A stretch of 64,000 nucleotides of DNA, from NCBI RefSeq assembly GCF_001194135.2, contig NC_068986.1, positions 110,010,419 to 110,074,418 of the forward strand. Direction: 5' to 3'. The DNA comes from Octopus bimaculoides (Eukaryota). Below are positions 1 through 11,565 of this stretch, in pieces. Position 1 is the stretch's first letter. Each line of letters begins with the position of its first letter. The translations under genes and the position numbers were made by a program. The notes under the pieces are model-generated. The model searched no databases and had not been told where the DNA came from. It saw nothing but the letters and a program-made list of their open reading frames with translations.

Positions 1-68
1 TATATATACATACATATGTATATATACATATATATATATATATGTATGTCGGTATGTATGTATGCATA

Positions 69-690
69 CACACTGAACGGCAAAAGAAACTCGAGACGTG
101 TGTGACCGTGAAATATGTTATAATTTCATTATGTCAAAGATAAATCTTCTTGGATGCACTTTGACCAAGTTCTATGGGTCGTTGTCATGTGTTCTTGTAG
201 TATGCTGATCGAATACATCGAGATTGTGGAGCGTAACATGTTCAGTATTCTCCATGGATGTTCAAAACGGCCATAAGCCGTCGGTACATGGAACGCATGA
301 AATGGTTCACAAAAGCCATTGGCACTTGTGCCGAAAGCTGCCTCCAATTTCACATGAGTTGCCAGCCTTGGCACCACCAGGTTCAGTTGTCTCTGGATTT
401 CATCCCACAGGCGTTCAACTGGGTTAAAGTCCGGGTTTAAACCCGTCCACGGCATAGTTCTGATGCTGCACTTACGCGTCCGCTGGCCGCGTGGACGGGA
501 GTATTGTCCTGCAGGAACACGTGTCTATGGTGACGCACGGAGAAGGGCACGATAAGAGGTCTTAGGATCTGGTCAACGCCGCCCTGCGCTGTGATGCCAT
601 TCCCTCTGCCTGCACCAACATTTTGGAACAGGTGGGGCCGAATTCTCTGATTCAGGCCTGTAGCACCCCAAACCATGATGCTTTGGCCAG
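69..690 (-). mobile_element. Tc1-like DNA transposon relic (C-terminal DDE domain plus one terminus), frameshifted
   Basis: ORFs 437-676 (MVWG...FLQDNTPVH) and 129-455 (PWTGLNPDFNPVERLWDEI) match the Tc1 motifs MVWG, QDNA.H and WP..SPDLNPIE.LW. Terminus TA|CACACTGAACGGC at 67-81. Confidence 0.85.
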
Positions 691-714
691 CCTACGCGTC
701 TCTCATCTGAGGTG

Positions 715-1155
715 GATATCATTGAAATATATGAGGGCATGTTTGGAAATGCAATTATATGCATGAGAATACAAAAAAAACATACAAATCTGCACGTACG
801 TACATACATACATACATACATTCTTATATACATACATACATACATTCACACATACATACATACATACATACATTCTTATATACATACATACATTCATACA
901 TACATACATACTTACATGCATACATACATACATACTTACATACATACTTACTTATATAGATACATACATACATGCATGCATGCATACATTCATATATACA
1001 TACATACACACATACATGCATGCATACATACAAATAAACAAAAATACCCTGTTGTTTATGTTGAAATTCCAATGAAGGAACCTTGGATCTAGATTAGAAA
1101 CCGGTTCTTTCTGTATTGGCAAGAAATCTTGATATAAACTGAATGATGACATACA
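715..1155 (+). mobile_element. 3' UTR of an R4/Dong-like LINE (subfamily B) with an expanded internal (TACA)n tract
   Basis: 720-800 is homologous to the reverse complement of 52120-52200 and 53110-53200 (ACATACAAATCTG). 1040-1145 is homologous to the reverse complement of 52965-53070 and to 30005-30060, which follow Dong ORF ends. (TACA)n spans about 800-1030. Confidence 0.65.
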
Positions 1156-1214
1156 CACATGCATTCGTCCGAGCGCACACAAACACACACTCACGCTTCT
1201 GCGTATCGGTTAAC

Positions 1215-1310
1215 TATTAACGCAATGGTAGGACACTTACTCTTAATGAAGGAGCAAGTGGAATTGAACCTGAAGCCATGTCGTTAAAAGACAAACTTCT
1301 TATACCGTTT
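1215..1310 (-). mobile_element. Decayed tRNA-derived SINE head (family A)
   Basis: GTGGAATTGAACCTGAAGCCATGTCGTT...AAACTTCTTATACC resembles the better copies at 10590-10650 and 56380-56440. Confidence 0.45.
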
Positions 1311-1939
1311 GCTTTCATTTTCGAAAACATGAGAAAAGCAAACACTTTTTATTATTTTGGGTTTTTGGTTTGTTTTGTTTTCTTATTTGATTGAAAGACT
1401 TGACTTAACAAAATTTTGTGATTCTATTTTGGGCTTTTAAAGCTGTTATAGTTTTTTTTTTTTAGATAGGGTTGTTTTTTTTCTGTTGTAAATTTGGTTT
1501 TTAAAGATCTTTTAAGCTGATTTACTAACCTGGATAATGTTGCAATATTTAGAAATGGAAGCTGAGAGAATAAAAAAGAAGCTTAAAAGATTAGATATTG
1601 ACTGAAAAGCTCCACCTATGATGGAAAGCACGAACTACTTCCGCGACAGGGATCATTACAGATGGCTGTCATATTTAACTCCTTTAGTGAAATACCAACC
1701 AGCGTAAAATATTAAAATATATAGAAATTTACTCTGAATGGTGTCCGGTTTCGTTGGGAGGATATTTTTCTCCATTCGCCCTTATTTTTTCTATTTCTAA
1801 TAGATTTTCCTCCATTTCATGCAGTCTATTATTTTTTTTAACAATGATTCATTGCTTTTATCTCCAAAGATATTCTATAGCGGGTTTTATTTTTGTTGTT
1901 GTTTTTGTTGTCATTATTGAAGACATCGCACAGTATCCA

Positions 1940-3690
1940 AAATTGTGATTTGTAGATTGAAAACAATCTGTGTACCGTCTGCCAAGTCACAGCAGGGCAG
2001 TACTTTGCGCAGTGTGCGTGCGGTTACAAGTAAAGCTGATTTTTGCAATACACCAAGATTTTAGAGCATTTTTAAAGTTTCCAAGTTAGGTGGTATTGAA
2101 CCCAACGCTTCGATGACAACAGGAACAAACTTTATGTTTGATTCTCGCACCTACAACATCTTGGCGATCTCAATTCTCATGTCTCCATATTTATTAACCT
2201 TTTCTTTTTCTTCTATAATAATATGTTGATCTCCTAGCATTGCCTCGTCGATTATTACACACTCTTGTTAGTCGCTCCTAAGTAATACTAAATCCAGCCT
2301 TCAGTAATCTAATACCTTGTCTGTCTGAAAGCCAGAGGTTCAGAGGAGCTTTGCCTTCTCGTATTCATCTATTACCTTTCCAGTGTATGTTCGTACCAAG
2401 CACCCGTTAACTTGTAACCGTACTTCAGGCAATGTAGTCAGTGAACGTTTTCGGTTTCATTCTCGTGCCTGCGCTTGTACTCTTTCTGAGCAAGCGCCAA
2501 CAATTTGAGTCACGCTTTCGACCTTCTTTCTACATATCCTGCAGAGGTTCGTTGCACTTGTGTTGTATATACCCCTTTTCACTGAGTTGGTATTCAATGC
2601 CAGGTCCTGAGCAATGATGATTAAGCTTTCAGACTGTTTCTTAAGGTAACCCTTGCTGAACCATCTCCATGATGCTTCCTGGTCTTTTAAAATTGTTAGT
2701 TTCACGGTGGAACTGACCATGTAATTCCATAGGGAGAAGACTTCCTTCTCTTTTGTTGGATATTCGTGATCGTAATTCATTAGCCTCCTCAATGCCATTG
2801 TTGGTAAATCTTCTGCATTAACAACATACTGTAGCAGATCTTCTTCGCCGTTTACCAAATACTCTGCCATGTTTCTTCTTTCACTGTTGATGCACTCACG
2901 TACACTAATCAGGCCACTTCATGTGCAACATGTGTATGTTAGCCTCGAGTCGGTTAATCTTCGCTCGTGTCCATTTCAGAATGGATGCACTGTAGACAGC
3001 TACAGCAATAGTGTATATGTTGATGGCAGTCACAAGGTTCCTTGCGTCGAGTTTTGACTTCAAGAGATGTTTGAGGCGCTTCAAATCTGTATTGGTGACC
3101 TTGATTTTCATTTCTCTGTGCAAGACATTACTCACCATCAGAATACCAAGGTACTTGTATCCCTCATCATCCGGGTCTTCCACTCGCTCTTCGTTTGGCA
3201 GCTCTATGCCCTTACAATCTGCTCTTTTCCCCTGCTTCAAAGCGAACACTGCACACTTTGAGGTCCTGAATTCCATCCCTATACCCTTGCTCCCATTTTG
3301 GTCCCATTTGCAGTTATTCATTACAACCTTGTCTATCACGATGTGGTCCTTGGTGGCCGTGGATCATTTTCGGCATCCCTACGAGGTTGCCTCTTAACAC
3401 TTTCCATAGGAGGTGAAGAAACGCGATGAGTCGGTTATTGCGAACCTCGTTGGCTTTTATTCGATCTTTCATCAACAGTATTGCCTTCTCCTCTACAATC
3501 TATTCTGGAACTGCACCACTCTATGAGCAATTGTCTAATTGCAGCCCAATTTGCTTGTGAGCTGACCTCAAGCACTTGAGCCTGTAGTCTTGGATTCCGT
3601 CTGGCCCTGCCGCTTTCAAGTTTGGCAGTTTTGATACCTGTGTAATTACATCATCCTTTGTTGTGCGTACATGGTTCTATCGTGGAGCTA
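1940..3690 (-). mobile_element. R4/Dong-clade non-LTR retrotransposon, 5'-truncated, decayed (RT, CCHC knuckle, restriction-like endonuclease end)
   Basis: Minus-strand peptides KLPNLKAAGPDGIQ (about 3630), GMEFRTSKCA...ELPNEE...GYKYLGIL (2905-3339), KGYLKKQSESLIIIAQDLAL...CRIC...ITQIVGAC-like knuckle (2457-2870), and C-terminal LQKSALLVTARTLRKVL near 2000-2050. Confidence 0.88.
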
Positions 3691-3699
3691 CAGGGTGAG

Positions 3700-3955
3700 G
3701 GAATTCAGATCTCACACAATGAATCCACTCAGGAACCCCGAGCTATTTCAGCACATAATCCTCACTTTACACGGCGCAGCTGTTCAGACGGCTGAAGACA
3801 AATGTCCTTCATAGAACCAATATATTTCCAACCGGCATATTGCCACTCTCTTGGTGATATGCACGTGAAACGAGGTGCTGTTTCTCATGGCAATCCCCAG
3901 GTTACACACTATGCGTGACACTGGGATTGTCGCTTATTTTGGTCGATAGTATTGT
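3700..3955 (-). mobile_element. CR1/L2-like LINE fragment
   Basis: The reverse complement (TTTCACGTGCATATCACCAAG...TATTGGTTCTATGAAGGACATTTGTCTTCAGCCGTCTG) aligns by eye with the CR1-like copy at 45120-45300. Confidence 0.7.
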
Positions 3956-3966
3956 TGGTGCGGTCT

Positions 3967-4392
3967 GTAAGCAGAACTGGTGATGTGGGATGAACCGAAC
4001 GTCCGGCTAAGGTGTCCTACGCTTCGTCCATTAGATCCCCGAAATGGTGTCGTTCAAGTAGACAGCAGGATGGTGGCCACAGAAGCCCGAATCCGCTCAG
4101 TAGTGTGCAACAACTTACCTGCCGAATCGACTGGCACCGAAAATAGATGGCGCTGGAGCGAGCGATCGATGCCGGGTGACAGATAGCGCGATCGCTGGCG
4201 AGGAGACTTTCCGATGCGCGGTTGAGTAGGAGGGCGCCGCGGCGTGTATGGAAGCTGCGGGTACGAGCTCGGGTGAAACCAAGCGCGGGTACAAATCTCG
4301 GTGGTAGTAACAAATATTCGAATGAGACCCCCGAAGACCGAAGTGGAGAAGAATTCCGTGCCAAAAGCAGTTGAGCATGGGTCAGTCGGTCC
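3967..4392 (+). rRNA. 28S rRNA: 28S (LSU) rRNA pseudogene fragment including the GTPase-associated centre, ending just before expansion segment D7
   Basis: Collinear conserved LSU blocks: GTAAGCAGAACTGG..TGGGATGAACC, GACAGCAGGA.GGTGGCCA..GAAG..GAATCCGCT, ACCTGCCGAATC, GATGGCGCTGGAGCG, GGTGGTAGTA.CAAATATTC, CGAAGTGGAGAAG, GCAGTTGA.CATGGGTCAGTCGGTCC. Some substitutions are non-compensatory. No other rDNA nearby. Confidence 0.93.
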
Positions 4393-4716
4393 GCAGACAA
4401 CGGTTGTTTAGAATGTTGAACAGAACACACATGTCCCAAAGTTGAATTATCGAAACCCAAAAGAATTCCTCTCAACACATGGCTATGATGCTCCTCCACT
4501 ATATCTACTCGCGAAAAGAAATGCACATATCGTCCACCACCAAGGGATACACTCAACTGGTTAAGGTCAAACAACTGACAAGATAATCTCTCTTACTGAG
4601 CAGAGTATTTGCTGTTGCCCATCTTTTATACCAAAGCAAAACAATGTACATGATAACACTTCCAATCAATTAAGATAAAAAGCCATGGGAGTCACTGCTC
4701 GCTACTCCATCAGGGC

Positions 4717-4784
<68 letters not shown>
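4393..4784 (+). mobile_element. Retroposon-type 3' end with (ATT)n tail
   Basis: About 320 bp ending CATCAGGGC, followed by about 22 ATT units (4717-4784). I recall this as an abundant octopus repeat end; not verifiable here. Confidence 0.5.
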
Positions 4785-4786
<2 letters not shown>

Positions 4787-7665
4787 TTTTTCAGCGACCA
4801 CAACTGCGTAACCTCCCGAGCTAACCTGTCATATCTATCGACACTTCTTTCTTCCTTATCGCGTAACTTGTCAGCTGGGCATGATATGTCCATGATCCAG
4901 CATAGTTTGCTTTCTTTTTCAATTGAAACTATGTTTGGTTTCCTATGCTCAATCTCGCGTGTGAATCATAAAGTCCCATAGGATCTTTGCATTATCATTT
5001 ACGATAATGCTTTCGCATTTATGTTCGTACCAATATTTTGCTCTGTCCACTCCATACTTGTTGCAGTGTCCAGTGGACAAGTCTTGCTATATTGTCATGA
5101 GGTCTCATATTCTTTCTGGCCTAATGGCGTACATTGACTGAGAATGTGCCATGCGGTTTCACCATTTTGTCCGCGAATTCTGCAATTGTCACTTTCTGGT
5201 GTGTTGTCTGTTCTCTATTTGATGTAATTGGTTCTTAATGCTTACTCTTGGGCAGTACAGATTAGAGCCTCCGTTTCAGGTTTTAAATCACTTTTAATCA
5301 TCCATAGCAATTTTTTACTCTTTGTCTGTCTTATCTTCAACATCCCCATGAAATGCATTCTTTTCTTTATTCAACTACTTTCTCTTTCATTCATTCGCAA
5401 GTGCTTTTACAGTGCTTTATCTTTGCAATCTTCCACACCACACATGCTTGGCCTTCTTACTTCCAATAATAGCGGTTCTGTGGAATTTTCTACATACCAT
5501 GCCATGTTGCATTCATCTGCTCTAATGCTGTGTTCGCATCCAATCAGTCTTCTCCTTCTTTTTCTTGGTACATACAGTCTCTCTGTGTCACTTTTAGGGT
5601 GGAGTGACCCATATGTAGTGAGAAACTTCCTTGTCTTTCTGTCTAAGCTGTTCGTCTACTGCTCATGCGGTTACTCCTACTCTATATCTAAGGAGTGAAA
5701 CTGCCCAGGTGTTGATAGTTTCAATCTTATTCCGTCTGTTTAATTTCGACTTTAGGATCAATCTCAGTCTGCGCAAGTACTCCACTTTAAAATTTCTGTC
5801 ATTTCTTTCTCTATCAGTTTATCTATTTCCAATATCCTTAAGTATTTATAGCCCGTCTCTTCTATATGCTTCATAGCTTCGATCCATAACATGGCTAATT
5901 TTGTTTTCCTCCTCTTGCAGTCTCTATGTACAATTTTGTGTACAAGAGTTGATACTTGGTACCTCTGCACTTACGCTTTTACTCATGTGGCAGGAGTCCA
6001 TTTTTTTCCAGATGCCAGTACATTTACTCTGTGACTATTCCAGTCAATAATTTCCACATAAGTAGCAAGCAGGATATCGGCCCTTAATTGTCTACCGTAT
6101 TGCCCTTTTCGATGTTTTTCAAGCACAGCACTGACCTAGTCATCGTCAACCACTCTGGTGTTACTCTGTCGGCATTTAACAAGGTGTTGATTCGTGCATG
6201 ACATTCACCAAATCTCTTGATCAAGTAGCCTTGAACTCCATCTGGTCCCAGGGCCTTCTAGTTGCTCATTTCTTTTTTTGATCTCCTTCACTCCCCTAAC
6301 TGAAATGATTAGTTCTGCCTGTTTTGGACCGGCCACTGTTTGTTTCAGTTCTTGCAACCATTCAGCATCCTTCTTGTGCTCCTTGTCTTTGCTCCAGATG
6401 TCACTCCAACACCTTTCACTTCCAATGTTGTCTGGTATCAACTTATCATCTGTACACTCTCCATTTATTTATTTTTAGAATCTCTTCTGATCTACTCTGA
6501 ATAACCTATTCTGGTGGTAACCATTCATTCTTTGGTCGTATCTTACCATCTTTGCTTTCTTTACAACGAGGCGCTGTTTCAGTTCCTCAATTACCACTTT
6601 CATACTCTTTCTTTCAATATCATACTTCCTGTTCAGTGCCCTGTATTTTTGTTCGCTTTTAAGCTCCCTTTTCTCTTTTCGGTCTAACACAGAGATTTCC
6701 TTCGATGGCTTGTCTAACCCCACCTGTATTCTTCTTTTCCACCATTCATCTTTTCTTTTGTCACGCCCATTGTGTTTCTTTTGTCTTGACATCGACATCC
6801 ACATTTTCTGCTACAACAATACTTGCTGCCTTGATCAAATTATTTGTTTCTGCGATGTTGTTTGTTCTGATGTATTTCAGAATTTCATTCACATCTTTCG
6901 TTTCTTGATTCAATTTCCACCGATCAACCTTTTAATGGTTGCAAATCATGTCGCTATCTTTCTCCTGTAGTCTTGCCTTTATTCTGTTGTAGATTGTCTT
7001 TTGCCCATCTGTCATCTCACCATCAGTTTTATTGTCTTCTTCCACACCATCTATATATCTGTCGAGCAAGCTCCTTTCCTGTGGTTTATCAGAGATTTCA
7101 CCTCTGTTTTCTGCAATGAGATTACTTTTATCAGTAGGAACTGTATTTTCATCGTCTTTTATGCTGCTGTTTTCCAGTACCCGTCTTTTGATATCTTCGA
7201 TCTCTACTTCTGTGAATAAACGATTTTTTCCTAATGCTCTAGCTTGATCACATAATCTCTGTTCCGTGAGTCGAAGCAATCCTCTTTCTCTCCATTGATC
7301 ATACACACGTTGTCGGTGTCCCCTAATATGAACACCATTTTCGTCTACAGAGTTGCTCAGGTAGTAACACTCCATGACCACAGCATTAATTTGCTTGCTC
7401 CATCTACACCTTGTGTGCTGGTCCCTTTCTGGATAACGACAGGCTTGAGTCAGACCAGTATCTCTGAGCCGGCCGGGTGCAACAGTGTCACCATCAACGG
7501 CTTCAGTTTCATTACCACCGTTATTCACAATATTTTTTGTTTCTTCATTGTCACTCACATGTGGTAGCGATTATCAGGTTGTGCAATTACCAGTGTGTTT
7601 ATAGTGACAACATAACTAAATGTATCATTGATTAGGATATGGGGAGATTCCAACCGCTTCCTTTC
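4785..7665 (-). mobile_element. R4/Dong-clade LINE with near-complete 5' end, internal RT deletion and 3' truncation, flanked by (TAA)n
   Basis: N-terminal RWSKQINAVVMECYY...WRERGL...TEQRLCDQARA (6932-7558); WWKRRI...KQRLV..YDQR..YHQNRLF (6475-6804); GPDGVQGY; a jump from KTKLAMLWI directly to GYKYL.ILE (5764-5970), so the YxDD region is missing; endonuclease DISCP...EERSVDRYDRLAREV (4702-4893). ATT tracts at 4717-4784 and 7666-7705. Confidence 0.92.
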
Positions 7666-8409
7666 ATTATTATTATTATCATCATCATCACTGATATTAT
7701 TATTTTCATTTCTTACTATTTGTCATTGTTAATACTTCCTCTGATCCGCCTTGAAGTTTGGTTAATTGTTATTAACACTTTCGTATTAGTATTAGGCTTC
7801 GGGACATATCTATTAGTGTAGACAATTTGAGAGAGCACCGCTTCTCTAATTATAAACAAATAAGCGTAGTCAAACGAGACAAAGAAACAAACAAAGACCT
7901 ATCATCTTCCTCTATTTTCTTGTGGGGTGGGGGATATATTTGTTTAATGCTGTGGAGTGGGGGATATATATGTGATAAGGTTGTTGCTGAAACATTTATC
8001 ATCCTGTAAGCTTTCTTTTTTTTTTTGCTGCATTCTGAGTAATGAGTAAACGTTGTTATCTCATGTAAGGGCGTCAACTATGGCCCCACATCAGCTCACA
8101 TTCAGAAATACTGACAGCCCTTCTACAAACATACATAATTAACGATTAAAAGTATGACAGCAGCCACTTCTACTGTCCACATTAGCCAGACACAATGAAC
8201 AACTTCAGTATACTCGAACGTATTTATATTCCACGAGAATAATGTGGACTGTAGATATGAACGCTGTCATACTTCTAATCGTTAATACGGTCAACAACGT
8301 TGACTAATTTGCGCTAAGAGATTGCCCGAGCGTGGAAAAATAACGAAATGTAAGTGCCAAGTTGTTTTTAGTCATGAACAAAATTTAGGTTAGTTAAAAT
8401 ATATGTATA

Positions 8410-8412
8410 CAC

Positions 8413-8480
<68 letters not shown>

Positions 8481-8992
8481 NNNNNNNNNNNNNNNNNNNN
8501 NNNNNNNNNNNNNNNNNNNNNNNNNNNNNNNNNNNNNNNNNNNNNNNNNNNNNNNNNNNNNNNNNNNNNNNNNNNNNNNNNNNNNNNNNNNNNNNNNNNN
8601 NNNNNNNNNNNNNNNNNNNNNNNNNNNNNNNNNNNNNNNNNNNNNNNNNNNNNNNNNNNNNNNNNNNNNNNNNNNNNNNNNNNNNNNNNNNNNNNNNNNN
8701 NNNNNNNNNNNNNNNNNNNNNNNNNNNNNNNNNNNNNNNNNNNNNNNNNNNNNNNNNNNNNNNNNNNNNNNNNNNNNNNNNNNNNNNNNNNNNNNNNNNN
8801 NNNNNNNNNNNNNNNNNNNNNNNNNNNNNNNNNNNNNNNNNNNNNNNNNNNNNNNNNNNNNNNNNNNNNNNNNNNNNNNNNNNNNNNNNNNNNNNNNNNN
8901 NNNNNNNNNNNNNNNNNNNNNNNNNNNNNNNNNNNNNNNNNNNNNNNNNNNNNNNNNNNNNNNNNNNNNNNNNNNNNNNNNNNNNNNNNNNN

Positions 8993-9047
<55 letters not shown>
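8410..9047. repeat. (CA)n / gap / (TG)n microsatellite block
   Basis: Direct reading; N gap 8481-8992. Confidence 0.95.
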
Positions 9048-9050
<3 letters not shown>

Positions 9051-9225
9051 TGTGTTTGTACCAACACCATCGCTTGACAACCGATGTTGGTGTGTTTACG
9101 TCCCCGTAACTTAGCCGTTTGGCAAAACGTACCGATAGAATAAGAACTAGATTTGCAAAGAATAAATTCTGGGGTCAATTTCTTCGACTAAAAGTGGTGT
9201 TCCAGGATGGCCACTGTTACATGCC
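9048..9225 (+). mobile_element. tRNA-derived SINE family A, 3' half
   Basis: CACCATCGCTTGACAACCGATGTTGGTGTGTTTACGTCCCCGTAACTTAG matches 60915-60970. Confidence 0.85.
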
Positions 9226-9369
9226 CGAGTCATTAAAACAATAAAACACTATGCCATTTTCATCCCGAGCAACGCCGGGTATGTAAGCACGTATACGTAT
9301 ATTATATAATATTTATTATTTTAATCGAACGCAACGCTTCCATTTCCGAGTTAGTTTATTTATATTCTT

Positions 9370-9594
9370 TTGTACTTTTATTTATTTCAGTCATTTCACT
9401 GTGACCATGATGGAGCAACGTCTTAATGGGTTTTTAGTTGAAGAAATCGAACCCACAACTTATTCATTGTATGCATAGTACTTATTCTCTATTTGGCGAA
9501 ACGCTTTTTTACGAGATCGTAAATACACAAACATCGGTTGTGAAGCGATGGTGCGAGGACAAATACAGACACCAAGACACACGTATAAATAACA

Positions 9595-9600
<6 letters not shown>
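9370..9600 (-). mobile_element. SINE family A, 3' half
   Basis: CATCGGTTGTGAAGCGATGGTG..GGACAAATACAGACAC is the reverse complement of the family A 3' half. Confidence 0.8.
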
Positions 9601-9636
<36 letters not shown>

Positions 9637-9950
9637 CAAATGCCACTAAATGCTACTAGAGTGTTGGAAGACACCTATATTGCTAGAAATAAGAGTTGAA
9701 ATGCTCTAATTCTGTAGTTAACGCACATGAATGAAAATATATGCACTAACAGGGACCATAATCGTCCGACAAATGCCGATCGAGAATGCTTAAAATTACA
9801 CTAACACCTCAGTTGCGGCAATTTCCGTCGCCTCATCAGTTGAGCCGGCAGGCTTCGGCTCTTTCCGGACTCGCCTCATCATTAATATTTATGTTTACGC
9901 CTCCAAATAATTGAATGATGTAGCGATTCGCTAAGGTGTATATATAAACT

Positions 9951-10207
9951 TAATATGAACCAGGACTTTGGTTTCATCACAAAGGGGAATTACAAATGTC
10001 GCTAAATGCAACTAGAGTGTTAGAAAACAACCACATTACTAGAAGTAAGAACTAAAGCGCTCTAATGCGGTAGTCAACGCACATGAGCATTAGAGCGTTT
10101 TAGCTCTTATTTCTAGCAATGTGGTTGTTTTCAAACACTCTAGATGCATTTAGTGACAGTTGTAATTCACCTTTTTGATGAAACATTGCAAACTGCTGTT
10201 CATATTA
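9951..10207. repeat. 257-bp foldback (long inverted repeat, arms about 118 bp, loop about 18 nt)
   Basis: The left arm TAATATGAAC...GCGCTCTAATGC (9951-10068) pairs with GCATTAGAGCG...GTTCATATTA (10087-10207). A further partial arm copy lies at about 9638-9730. Confidence 0.9.
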
Positions 10208-10243
<36 letters not shown>

Positions 10244-10489
10244 CATCGATTCCTCTTGTGTGGGACACTCAACAACTGGTTCGGGAGTATCCGGTGGTGC
10301 AGATGTATCTCGTCGGGTGATAAATAAATAAACACAACTCGTTAAAATGACTGTTCCACAATGTAACCTTCCGTTTTGTAGGGAGAAAAACAGCCAGACG
10401 GAGGAACTCTTCATTTGTACACAAGATCAAAAATAAAATTGAGGATGACAAAAAGAGAAACGAACACGTAACCAAGCTTCCTTCTTATA

Positions 10490-10654
10490 TGCGAAAGGCT
10501 TCCTTCAGTTTCCGTTTATCAAATCCTTTGAAAAGGCTTTGGCTGGCCCGAAGCTATAGTAGAAGACACTTGCTAAAGGTACCACGCATTGGAACTGAAC
10601 TCGAAACCATGTGGTTGGGAAGCAAGCTTCTTGCCACACAGCCACGCCTGCGCC
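10490..10654 (-). mobile_element. SINE family A, tRNA-like head with Pol III A and B boxes
   Basis: Minus strand reads GGCGCAGGCGTGGCTGTGTGG (A box)...GGTTTCGAGTTCAGTTCC (B box)...AAGTGTCTTCTACTATAG. Confidence 0.88.
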
Positions 10655-10805
10655 GATAGACAAACATTATATGCATGCATATATACAATTTGTACATATA
10701 TACATATATATGTATTTACACAAGCGTATGTGCATGCTTGTGAGAGTGTGTGTGTGTTTTTATGAATATGTGTGTGTGTGTGTGTTTATATATAAGTATC
10801 TGTAT

Positions 10806-10848
<43 letters not shown>

Positions 10849-11335
10849 CAACTTCATGTACATAATTATGTATAGTAATGCTGTTTATAATTTCGACATT
10901 GCAATGAATGGTTTGATACGAGAAGGAAGCTTCAATGTAATGTTGTAACAAACATCATTTTAATGGCTCTGTTTTAATGGAATATTTTCAATTGCATATT
11001 TCTTTTATTGTGCTATAAGACGAATAAAAAAAACCTTGCAGTGCTTTTGACTTACCCTGTACACACACACACACACATACACACACACACGTGAGTGTGT
11101 AGGGGGTGTATATATTCATATATACATGCAAAATACATGACACACAGATATATATACGCACATTTATATAATTCATACGAAACGTTTATGTTGATCTACA
11201 TTACATATATTTACAATATGTGTGTGTGTGTGTGTGCAGGGAATCATATGTATATACATTACATAACTTATCACACTTATTTACATATCTATGAGTGTGT
11301 GTGTATTTAATTGTAACAAATAATATATAAGTACT

Positions 11336-11373
<38 letters not shown>

Positions 11374-11484
11374 CGCGCGCGTAAAGGTCGGTTTTTTCGT
11401 GTGTATATGCATATACATACATACCCACACATCCTAACACACACACACACACATATGTATATATGTATACATATATATGCATAT

Positions 11485-11565
<81 letters not shown>

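Noticed and set aside
10240-10320. Possible small exon (IDSSCVGHSTTGSGVSGGADVSR) after TATAG
   Set aside because: No polypyrimidine tract, a weak donor, no recognisable homology and no partner exons.
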